Source of the DNA: Macrostomum lignano
Lineage: Eukaryota
Length of the DNA stretch: 37,795 nucleotides
Direction of reading: 5' to 3'
NCBI GenBank assembly: GCA_002269645.1
Contig: NIVC01000520.1
Location: 1-37,795, forward strand
Shown one piece after another: positions 27,147 through 37,795 of this stretch. A program made the position numbers and the translations under genes. Every line of letters begins with the position of its first letter. Position 1 is the stretch's first letter. A model generated the notes under the pieces. That model searched no databases. It saw nothing but the letters and a program-made list of their open reading frames with translations, and was not told the DNA's origin.

Positions 27147-30100
27147 CTGAAAATGATGAGGCAGCTGAGACTTTCTAACTGAAATTTGATTGGCGCAGAC
27201 AGCTTATGAAAAACAGAGCTCCACGATGAATGGAACGTAACTGATATGACGTTCTTTGGTACTCAGTTTGAAATCACATTTGTCACACTCGGGGTTGCAA
27301 AGTTTACTTTCTGCTTCAGCGTGATTATAGAAACACGACTCCAGCAGCAGAAGTTCAGCACGGGTATTTTACCTCAAGAGTGCGGCACAGCAGAGGGTCC
27401 GGCAAGCCAGTTGTCCAGGCCGGGTCCGTCAGCTGCAGGCCAGACATCTCGTCGATCTGGCCGTCGAGAGTTGAGGCGCCTCCGTTGCCGCCGCCGCCTC
27501 CGCAGCCAGCTTCGGAGAGCGAGGCCTGCGAGAACTTTCGAGAACCACCGAGGCGCTGATTCTGGCGCCGCCGCTGTCGCCTACCCCGCCGCATTGCGGC
27601 AGCCATCAAGCGAGTCAGTTGGCTGCCAACGTCGCCGCAGGGCTGATTGACGCAGGTGATGGCCACGATGAGGGTGACGGCGAGGACGGCGGACACGCCA
27701 GCCAGCACGGCGATGATGAGGACGTTGCGCCTGGTGTGGGCGGCCGCCAGCTCCGCGTCATCCGACTGGCTGGCCGTCGGAGCCGAATTGTCCACGTCGA
27801 TGTGCAGAATCTATGAGGAGGGATAGGGTAGACATATTGTCTGGCAAGCCTAAAAGCCCTAGAGACAAGCTTACGGACAATATTATTCGCATTGTACAAA
27901 AAAGACGCGTACTCGTACACACGCACACACAGGGATGGTGTACCGCGACCCTATATCGTCGGGCATGTACACTCTCTGTGCCTTGGGTCTGGGGTTGGGG
28001 AAAGCTGGGAGTAGTGGCGCGAGAGTCAATCGCGTTTACCACTATGTCACTCAGCCCCTTTGTGAGTGCGGTAAGCCGCTGTGATATGGCAATGTCTATA
28101 GCAAGTCCTGAAATAAATTGAGCATCTAGCAACCCATTTCTTTCGTTCATCCACGGGATTTAGGTTGGTTGTTTATCTCTGTTTTCCGTCATACGCTCGT
28201 AGACTAAAATTAAAAATCAATAGCATAAATTAATCCTGCATAAGCTTGGATGCCTCCAAAGGAAACCGGGACACGAAAGCGACATACTTCTAGTGCTTGA
28301 ATCGAAGAGTTCGTACGCACCGCAGTATCGGCCAGGCTCGTGCCCGGGTTGCTGGCCCTCACCAGCAGGCGATGCCGGCGAACATCAGCCAAGCCGAGCT
28401 CGCGAGCCACCCGCACCTGGCCGGTTGCCGCGTCGACGCCGAACCGCGGCGGGAAAGCGTCGGGCGCAGCCAGGGAGAATTCTATGCGAGCGTTGGCGCC
28501 TTCGTCAGCGTCGTCGGCGCGGACGGTGAGCACCGGCTTGCCAGGCGGATGCGTGTAGATGCTGATTCGCGCGGCCGGGGCGCTGGAGTTCGGTGCCGGC
28601 TGAACAATCCTCGGCGGGGAGTCGTTCTCGTCCAGCACGCGGACGGTCAGCTGGGCGTCGGTTAGCTTTGGCGGCTGGCCGCGGTCGGCAAGCCGAACAG
28701 TCAGGTGGTGCTGGCTGAGCTGCTCGCGGTCCAGCCGACGAAGCACCGTGACGGTGCCGTCCGGATCCACGCGGAACAGCGGCGATGAGTCGGGAGTCGG
28801 CTGCACAAGCGTGAATAACACCTGGGAGTTGACACCTGCACAGGGAAGGGGTGGAGATGCTACTTAAGAATATTTCAATAATTTTGAGAAGAGCTGTGGG
28901 CACCCTAACGCAACTCCTTCAAGCCCCAAATGAATGTGGCTTGCATGGAATCAAACCAAGGGTCATGGCACGAGAGTCGACGCCTAAATCCTTGTCAGCC
29001 AAACAATGAGTGCTGCAGTGTAGAAACTGCAGATGTGCATGTACTGCCAAGAATTCATTGCACTCCTCACCCTCGTCAGCGTCAGTGGCGTTCAGGCGTC
29101 CCAGAACCACGGGTGGCTCCGTGTTCTCCGGCAGCGCGAGCTCTCGCGGCCCGACGAACTCCGGCGCGTTGTCGTTGACATCCCGGACCCTGACGCGGAT
29201 AACTACCACGGCACTGCGCGGTGGCTGGCCTGAGTCGGCGGCTTCTACCCGGATCTGGTAGGTGGCGCGCGTCTCTCTGTCCAGACTGACCGCGGCGCGC
29301 AGCATCCCGCTGGCGCTGTCGACGGCGAAGAATCTGGCGTCACCGGTTCCGTCGTCGATCAGGCGGTAGGCCAGCAGGGCGTTTTTGCCCTCGTCCAGGT
29401 CGTGCGCTCGCAGTTGCGTCACTTTGACGCCCGGCTGTCGGGCCTCGGACACGCTGACTCCAATTTGGCCCCACTTGTCCGCGTCCAAGAAAACGGGCGA
29501 GTTGTCGTTAAGATCCAGGATCCGGACGGTCGCCGTGTGCGTGCTGCTGAGGCTGGGCTGGCCGCTGTCTGCGCAAGCAAGCCGGGCCAGAGCCACGGGA
29601 TGCTGCTCCCGATCAAAGCTGCGCACAGTCAGGATGTTGAACACATTCGCCACGCCGACGTCGCTGGGAACCAGACGGAGGCCGCTGCTCTCGGCGTCGT
29701 CAATTGGCGAGCAGTGCACCTGGCCGCCCGGCCCGGTGTCCCTGTCGGAGGCTCTCACGCTGCCAACGAGCTGGTTGGTCGGTGCGCCCTCATCCACCTG
29801 GAATGGTCCGGTCTCCGTGTACTCCGGCGGGTTGTCGTTGGCATCCAGCACGCGCACGCGCACCGTGGCTTTGTCGTCAAATCGACCGTCGTCGACGCGA
29901 ACGAGGAACTGGTGCTCCGCCTGGGCCTCGTAGTTCAACGGCTGCTTGATCACCACGCTGCCGTCCTGCAGGACGCTGAAATGTCGTCGGGACTCCTCTG
30001 GCGAGCCGGCGTCGATGGAGTAGCTCAACTTGTGGTGCAGGTCGGCGTCTGTTGCGACCAACTGCAACCGGAGTTTAGGTTGTGCAATTGGAGTTTAGGT

Positions 30101-33100
30101 TGTGCGATTGGAGTTTAGGTTGTGTAATTGGAGTTTAGGTTGTGTAGTTAGAGTTTAGGTTGTGTAATTGGAGTTTAGGTTGTGCAATTAGAGTTTAGGT
30201 TGTGCAATTGGATTTTGTAATGGTAGTACACGAGTACATTGACTACTAGTTTACAAAATGAAGGGCAAACCGGATGACTCAAAAAGAAAATGAAGCTATT
30301 TATGTTGCAACAATACTTCTTCTTTTTCTTCTGACTCAGACGGACTCAAGGTAAATAAGGAATATAGTTGCCTCTTGACTCGCAGACAGAATTGGAGTCA
30401 GCAAAGACACTTGAAACACTCGGCAAGGTCCCAGCGATCTCAATTTCTCCCAGGAAATTAATCCCAGTTAGGAAACACCTGGACTACGCTTTAGCCAGGC
30501 CACCCCAGCAATAACTATGCAGTTTTCATTCAACTGGGTGGGCAGTTTTGTTTGAGCGAAAGTGGAGCTGAGCAAGGGAGGATAAATCAGGGATCACTCG
30601 CACTATCTCTGCATAGATTTGTGCTCTGTGCGCATATCGGTGCAGCACTGCTCGCGTGTGCCATCTCCATCCTCCTCTCTCTAGTGGCTGCCTGTCTGTC
30701 TGTCTCTCTGGGGGGAAGGCGGTGGACACAGTAAGCCTGTAGATTGGTTTATCCAATTTTGATGGATGGGTGCCCCGGCTGGCGCCTCGCGGGCCCAGCG
30801 CAGTTGCGGCGGTGGCGGCGGCGGCGGCGGCAAAGCTGCAACCTCCCTATACTGAAAATCCTTTTCTCTTAGTTCCTGAATTTTTTGTCGGGGGGGGGGT
30901 GTGGCTTAGAGGGACTTTAGAGCTACCGTTGCCAACCAGAATGCTGCGTCGTGGCCAACTGTTAGACGCCTATGAAGAGATCGATCGACCCCCTCCCCCC
31001 CCCTCAAAAAACGGGCAGGTGAGCGCGAGATGAGAGATAAAGCTGGCGTGGGGGACGAAATATTTTTATTAAATAATTTTATTCGTTTTCCAAAAAAATT
31101 TTTTTTTTCTGAAAATTCACGCGCTTACCGAGGCGATGGCTGCGGTAGAGGAAGAGATGGCTCGTGTCTGAGAGCATTTTTTTTATTTTTATTATGGCTC
31201 AATCGAGGTCTGGAGAGGGGTTCCGGTGACTGGGGAATCATAAGTGATGGGAATGCGCCCTGACTGAGACTCTTAGCCTTGCATTTTAATCAGCAACAAA
31301 ATCTCAGAGAGCATCTCGGTTTTAAAAATGTTCTCCACTGGTACCACACAGTTCACATCTCTAATCTCACCTCACTTCCGTGTCTATCTCAGCTCGCTTC
31401 CATGTCTATCTCACCTCACTTCCGTCTCTGATCTCACCTCACTTCCGTCTCGGATCTCAGCTCACTTCCGTCTCTGATCTCACCTCACTTCCGTCTCTGA
31501 TCTCACCTCACTTCCGTCTCGGATCTCAGCTCACTTCCGTCTCTGATCTCAGCTCACTTCCATCTCTGATCTCAGCTCACTTCCGTCTCTGATCTCACCT
31601 CATTTCCATCTCTGATCTCAGCTCACTTCCGTCTCTGATCTCACCTCATTTCCATCTCTGATCTCACCTCATTTCCATCTCTGATCTCAGCTCACTTCCG
31701 TCTCGGATCTCAGCTCACTTCCGTCTCTGATCTCAGCTCACTTCCGTCTCTGATCTCAGCTCACTTCCGTCTCTGATCTCACCTCACTTCCGTCTCTGAT
31801 CTCACCTCACTTCCATCTCTGATCTCACATCACTTCCGTCTCTGATCTCACCTCATTTCCGTCTCTGATCTCACCTCACTTCCGTCTCTGATCTCAGCTC
31901 ATTTCCGTGTCTATCTCACATCACTTCCGTCTCTGATCTCAGCTCATTTCCGTCTCTGATCTCACCTCACTTCCGTCTCTGATCTCACCTCACTTCCGTG
32001 TCTATCTCACATCACTTCCGTCTCTGATCTCAGCTCATTTCCGTCTCTGATCTCACCTCACTTCCGTCTCTGATCTCAGCTCATTTCCGTGTCTATCTCA
32101 CATCACTTCCGTCTCTGATCTCAGCTCATTTCCGTCTCTGATCTCACCTCACTTCCGTCTCTGATCTCAGCTCATTTCCATCTCTGATCTCACTTCCACA
32201 ACTTCCACCCCCATCTCCACCGAACTTCCGCCCCCATCTCCACCGACTTCCGCCCCCATCTCCACCGACTTCCGCCCCCATCTCCACCGACTTCCGCCCC
32301 CATCTCCACCGACTTCCGCCCCCATTCCCTCTACCCCGGTCCCCGCGCCCTCACCTTGACTACGATGGAGCCGACCGGCTGGCTCTCGCTGACGGACATG
32401 ACGGTGTGGCGCGTCTCGAACTTCGGGCTGTTGTCGTTGTCGTCCTGCACGGTGACGCGCACGTGGGTTCGGCCCTCCCGGCCGCGGCTGTCCCGGGCCA
32501 GCAGGTCGAACTGATAGAATTGGCGCCTCTCTGCATCCAGGCCGCGCAGCAGATAGAGAAACGGCGCCCCGAAGTCGTCCATCTTGAGCTCGAAGGTCTC
32601 GGCGGTCTCGGGGCTCATGCTCTCCGGCGCGACCGCGTAGGCGACCCGGCTGAACTCCCCCGAATAGTCGGCGTCCTCGGCTACCGGCAGGTCGATTCGC
32701 CGATTCTGGCACGGCTGCGGGATGACGATGCACACCGATTCGTCGCGGCGAATGTCGACAGTGTTGGCTGGGAATTGCGGCGAATGATCGTTGACGTCCG
32801 TGATGTTCAGTAGAAACGATAGTCGGACAATTGGCGAGGCTGCGGCAGCGCTGGCGCCAGATGATGCGGACTCGCGGCGAACTGCGATGGTGAACCGGTG
32901 CTGACCGACCTCGGCGCCGCGCGGGCAGCTCGTGGAGGCGCTCATTCGCAATTGCTGGCGGCACATTGACTCCAGGTCGATTCGAAACAGCAGACGAATG
33001 TTTCCGCTGGTTGGGTGGACATCGACGAATGGGTCGCGGCTCTCCATCGCGTAGCGGAGGCTACCGTTGCCTCCGCCTTCGCCGCTGCCAATTCCGGCGA

Positions 33101-33254
33101 AGCTGCCGCCAAGGTAGTCGGCTGCGTTGCCCAAGCTGTACGGCGGCGCGGCTTCCTCTGGCGTGGTCAGAGCGAATCGCGCGGAGGCGACCCCTCGGGA
33201 CGGCAGCGGATTAAGAAGCAACAGTAGTAGCAGCGGCAGACATGGAAGCGGCAT
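26559..33254 (-). CDS. Protocadherin with 7 extracellular cadherin repeats, TM and cytoplasmic tail, 1143 aa; complement(join(26559..27146,27373..27810,28321..28835,29071..30061,32355..33254))
   Basis: Signal peptide MPLPCLPLLLLLLLNPLP; seven repeats with DxND(N/H)xP linkers, AxDxD and LDRE/LDYE-like motifs; EC1 DLESMC...C cysteine loop typical of protocadherins; TM VLIIAVLAGVSAVLAVTLIVAITCV. Joined length 3432 nt; all phases match. Confidence 0.92.
27373..27810 (-). CDS. Protocadherin exon 4 (end of EC7, TM, juxtamembrane tail)
   Basis: ctcatag|ATT CTG CAC ... CTT GAG|gtaaaa; joins LADTA|ILHIDVDN. Confidence 0.88.
28321..28835 (-). CDS. Protocadherin exon 3 (EC6-EC7)
   Basis: gtgcag|GT GTC AAC ... 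ACT GCG|gtgcgt. Confidence 0.9.
29071..30061 (-). CDS. Protocadherin exon 2 (EC3-EC5, start of EC6)
   Basis: ttgcag|TTG GTC GCA ACA GAC ... GAC GAG G|gtgag; joins SIVVK|LVATDAD. Confidence 0.93.
30070..30213. repeat. 20-bp minisatellite (GAGTTTAGGTTGTGCAATTG), ~7 copies
   Basis: Directly upstream (gene sense) of the protocadherin exon 2 acceptor. Confidence 0.93.
31360..32330. repeat. Compound minisatellite: 23-bp unit (CACTTCCGTCTCTGATCTCACCT) grading into a 22-bp unit (GACTTCCGCCCCCATCTCCACC)
   Basis: Protocadherin intron 1, donor-proximal. Confidence 0.95.
32355..33254 (-). CDS. Protocadherin exon 1 (signal peptide, EC1, EC2, start of EC3)
   Basis: Track ORF 32331..33254; donor GTC AAG|gtgagg, phase 0. 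Confidence 0.92.
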
Positions 33255-33314
33255 CTTCGCATTTGTCTGCGTTTAGCAAAGGTTGATTGAGCTCTTGATG
33301 AGGATCAGGCTGGG

Positions 33315-33537
33315 AGCGATTTGATTGGCTGGAAGAAGGTGGCTGCAGAGGCGGCTGCTTTACAAAGAGTTGGGAGGGTCTAAAAGCAATTTGATTGGAG
33401 GGCGAGGGTCAGGGAGTGAGGTGGCTGCTGTACGGAGAGTGGGAAGGGGCTAAAAGCGATTTGATTGGCGGGCGAGGGACAAGGATGAGGGGGCTGCTGT
33501 ACAAAGAGTGGGGAGGGGCTAAAAGCGATTTGATTGT
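33315..33537. repeat. ~70-bp tandem repeat, ~3.2 copies, each with a CCAAT-like box on the minus strand
   Basis: AGC[G/A]ATTTGATTG at 33315, 33385, 33455, 33524. Confidence 0.85.
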
Positions 33538-34429
33538 TAAAGTACGAGTAGTTGACCAGATGGATCCGCCAGTAGGAAAACTTAAAACTTAGTTTTAATA
33601 CTTTAGTTATTATAATGATTATTTTAAAGAAGTGCAGATTAGTCACCCTCGAATATGGTGTTATGTTGGTGCTATTTTACGAGTATAGGTGAATGAAACT
33701 GAAAATTTCATAACAGCTCGATCTTCTGTAAGCCGGGAAAGTTCGGAAACCCGATCGGGTTTTGAGGCTCGAAAAACGTTCTTTTGAAACAAGTCTGCGA
33801 GCCCAATATCCCTAGCGGTGTCGCAGCATCTGAGAAGAGAGCGGAATGGGAATAAGGAAGAGAAGATTCCCGGCTCAGAGGCTTTAGATTGAGGATTTGA
33901 TGTCGGGTTGGGGGGAGAGAAACCGGGCATTTTGGAGGGCGAATATTTTGATTTATTCCCCTTTTCTCTCGTGTTCCCCAGAATCCCAGCGCTCCAACTG
34001 CCCAGCAAAGTCACAGTCTGGGAACTGAGGGCAGCTCGGGGATCAGGGCATGTCGGAGCACTAATTTGGAATAAGCCGAATGTCACTGGCGGAAGCCGTG
34101 TGCGCCGCTGGGTCGTGGAGAAACTGCAGGTGGCGCGGGAGCCTCGGATCGGGCTTGAGACTCCGGACCTGGAGATCAATGCGGCCGCTTGGCCAGCTCT
34201 ATCTACTGGCGAATCAATCGGCTTCTGCGAGTGCGGGAGACGCCTGACGGGAAATCGCCGTGAAGAATCTTGCTACTCGTAGGGACTATCTAAGTAGATA
34301 ATCTTGGTAGAGATCTTTCTTGAACATTCAATTTTTTCAAATCGGCTCTGCAAGGCGCCTCAGGAGGTTTAGGGTCAAAAGGTCAGGGTCAAGGGGTCAT
34401 GAGTTGAAGGTATAGCGAATCAGTGGCCA

Positions 34430-35356
34430 GTTTGTCAGCGAGGTCAGGAATCGATTGTGTGTCAGTTGGATCAACAATGTCAGGAATCGATTGTGTCAGT
34501 TGGGCCAGCAATGTCAGGAATCGATTGTGTCAGTTAGATAAAAAATGTCAGGAATCGATTGTGTCAGTTGGGCCAACAATGTCAGGAATCGATTGTGTCA
34601 GTTGGGCCAACAATGTCAGGAATCGATTGTGTCAGTTAGTTCAACAATGTCAGGAATCGATTGTGTCAGTTAGTTCAACAATGTCAGGAATCGATTGTGT
34701 GTCAGTTGGATCAACAATGTCAGGAATCGATTCTGTCAGTTGGGCCAGCAATGTCAGGAATCGATTCTGTCAGTTAGATCAAAAATGTCAGGAATCGATT
34801 ATGTCAGTTGGAAAAAAATGTCAGGAATCAATTGTGTCAGTTGGATCAAAAATGTCAGGAATCGATTGTGTCAGTTGGATCAAAAATGTCAGGAATCGAT
34901 TGTGTCAGGTTGGCCAACAATGTCAGGAATCGATTGTGTCAGTTGGGCCAACAATGTCAGGAATCGATTGTGTCAGTTAGTTCAACAATGTCAGGAATCG
35001 ATTGTGTCAGTTAGTTCAACAATGTCAGGAATCGATTGTGTGTCAGTTGGATCAACAATGTCAGGAATCGATTCTGTCAGTTGGGCCAGCAATGTCAGGA
35101 ATCGATTCTGTCAGTTAGATCAAAAATGTCAGGAATCGATTATGTCAGTTGGAAAAAAATGTCAGGAATCAATTGTGTCAGTTGGATCAAAAATGTCAGG
35201 AATCGATTGTGTCAGTTGGATCAAAAATGTCAGGAATCGATTGTGTCAGGTTGGCCAACAATGTCAGGAATCGATTGTGTGTCAGTTGGTCAACAATGTC
35301 AGGAATCGATTGTGTCAGGTGGATCAAAAATGTCAGGAATCGATTGTGTCAGGTAC
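34430..35356. repeat. ~33-bp minisatellite (AATGTCAGGAATCGATTGTGTCAGTTGGGCCAAC) with a 341-bp higher-order duplication
   Basis: Read directly; track ORFs at 34695/35036 and 34808/35149 are identical over long stretches. Confidence 0.95.
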
Positions 35357-36004
35357 ATGTAAGTCAACAATTTCTTACCTTTGGTTAAAATTCCCAACAA
35401 ACGGTGACTCTCAGATTTGGGACTTCCTGTTGGCATGAGACAACATTCTTGCGCAGTCTGTATTGGGATAATTTTCCCCTTTTTTCTCCTACCTGAGACA
35501 CCGCGGCTTTTAGAATGGCTAATCCGGCAGAAAGGGGGGCTGGAAGGGGAGCAGCTTCCCCATTGGATCCCAGATCAGGCGGACCAATCGCAGGGTTTTG
35601 ATGCAGCGCGGAAGCTGCTTCTTTGAGACGATGGAGATTAGCTCGCAAATGAGTACATGTAGCCTAATAGAATGGACGCCAAAGGCGCAGTCAGGGTGAA
35701 AATGACAAGCCTTGAAATGAGAAACAAGAAAGATGCAATACACTGTCCTGTGGTCATGCTAGACTGGGCACGGCACAGCAAGATAGGCTGGGTCCCAGAT
35801 GTTGTTAGTTGTCTTTGCAAGCTTGAGCCTGACTGACTATGTCGGCGGAGCGTTCAAATTCAAAGTGAAGCGTTTTTATAGAGTCTCTTGTTGTCATGGC
35901 GAAAAGTACCAAATATTGACTTCGTTTTTACAGCCTATAAACTGAAGCATATTCTCAAGCCAGAATACTAGTGCAATGCCTAAGAAACCTGGCTTTGTGT
36001 CCTA

Positions 36005-36287
<283 letters not shown>

Positions 36288-37094
36288 AGCAGTGATTAGT
36301 CACAAAAGCCTGCAAGCTCCGCTGTCCCATCTCTCTCCCCTTATCTTTCAACTCCGTCCAAGCGAGGAGGGCGATTCGCTTTCTGTCTCCCAGTTTCTTT
36401 CTGTATCTGCTTCATCAAGCGATGGTCCAGTCTCCAGCACCCAGCTCTTACCTGCTGGTCTCCTCCCAAGTCGGGTCTCACCAACCCCAAGACAGCAGGT
36501 GGCATTTCCCTTCCTTCCCCTGCTCGTTCCTCTCCAGCTCCCTCTTCTCGCCCTTCATCTAGTCCGACCAGCTGCTGCTCACGGGCTGAGGGAAGGCGGC
36601 GGATGAGACGCTGACAAGAGATGCTCAGATGCCGCAGCACGCAGAGGCCCGTATCAGAATCCACAGTCCGAGCAGCCGCTTGCGAGTCTCAGTTTGCATC
36701 TTCTCGCTGCGGGAAGCGGAAACTCGACTCGACATTTTTTCCCGAATTTTTTGTTGTCAATGAAACAGGCCGCGGCACGACGCTGTCGTTTTCTAAGCCC
36801 GGATGACGCGCCGCGCCCGTGGAGATCCGGGATCTGAAGGCTGCCTCAAAAAGCGATTACGCAACAGTTCTCTCCCGTCGCGCTGATAACGGCAATAAAC
36901 CAAGCGAATATTGCCCGGCCGCTCGGCCCCTCGGATACCAAATGTTAATCCTATTAAAGCGGCATCGTGGGAATCGGCCGCGATGACAGTCAAGTGGCGC
37001 TGCCGATATCGGGCTGATTTTCGCTTTGCTCTGGTCGGCCCCGGAATTGATGGCGCTTTAAGGCAATTTTGCCAGATGCTTTCTACCCCTCACT

Positions 37095-37225
37095 CCCTCA
37101 TCATCTTCCCTCTCCCTATCACTCCATACCGTTTCTTGCCTTTCCAATCTTCCCCTCCCTCTCCCTCTCTCCCTCTCTCTCTCCCTCTCTCTCCACCCCT
37201 CTATCTGCCTCTCTCTCCCCCTCTC

Positions 37226-37272
<47 letters not shown>

Positions 37273-37310
37273 TCTCTCCATCCCTCTCTCTGCCTCTCTC
37301 TCCCCCTCTC

Positions 37311-37373
<63 letters not shown>

Positions 37374-37554
37374 TCTCTCCATCCCTCTCTCTGCCTCTCT
37401 CTCCCCCTCTCCCCTCTCCCTCTCTCCCTCTCTCTCTCCCTCTCTCTCCACCCCTCTATCTGCCTCTCTCTCCCCCTCTCCCCTCTCCATCTCTCTCTCT
37501 CTCTCCCTCTCTCTCCACCCCTCTATCTGCCTCTCTCTCCCCCTCTCTCCTCTC

Positions 37555-37613
<59 letters not shown>

Positions 37614-37795
37614 TCTCTCCATCTCCCTCTCTGCCTCTCTCTCTCCCCTCTCCCCTCTCCCTCTCTCCCTCTCTCTCTCCCTCTCTCTCCATCCCTCTCT
37701 GCCTCTCTCTCCCCCTCTCCCCTCTCCATCTCTCTCTCTCTCTCTCCCTCTCTCTCCACCCCTCTATCTGCCTCTCTCTCCCCCTCTCCCCTCTC
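37095..37795. repeat. (CT)n / CT-rich polypyrimidine compound repeat, runs off the window end
   Basis: Read directly. Confidence 0.95.

Noticed and set aside
30770-31300. GC-rich segment with opposed G-run and C-run in protocadherin intron 1 as a MITE or exon
   Set aside because: The inverted match is short and low-complexity, no TIR/TSD pair was found, and exons 1 and 2 join perfectly without it.
26387-33227. Many short + strand and off-frame ORFs over the protocadherin
   Set aside because: Antisense or frame shadows of GC3-rich exons.
33661-34282. 172-aa (-) and 124-aa (+) ORFs upstream of the protocadherin
   Set aside because: No recognisable domain or consistent splice model; could be UTR exon or TE debris, but cannot be supported.

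Overview
Eukaryotic (animal) genomic DNA, not prokaryotic: GC-rich spliced exons separated by introns packed with tandem repeats. This style suggests a free-living flatworm such as Macrostomum; that assignment is an inference only. Four protein-coding genes were rebuilt by hand from GT/GC-AG junctions with consistent phases. (1) The 3' half of a TRPC/TRP-gamma-type cation channel (+; pore helix, S6, EWKFAR TRP box, C-terminal coiled coil). (2) A complete 7-exon, 404-aa Delta/DSL-like type I membrane protein with no EGF repeats (-), nested antisense in the 7.8-kb TRPC pore-to-S6 intron. (3) A 5-exon EPHX3/EPHX4-like alpha/beta hydrolase (-) with a GC-AG intron, substitutions at both lid tyrosines and a 1-nt frameshift just before the catalytic His. 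(4) A 5-exon, 1143-aa protocadherin with 7 cadherin repeats (-). Intron 1 of the hydrolase holds a 5'-truncated non-LTR retrotransposon with an intact RT ORF and a 696-bp fold-back DNA element with an 8-bp target-site duplication. About 20 different mini/microsatellite arrays fill the introns. One 41-bp family occurs twice, in inverted orientation, near the two ends of the giant TRPC intron. No rRNA, tRNA or CRISPR array was recognised. Most long ORFs in the supplied track are translations of repeats.
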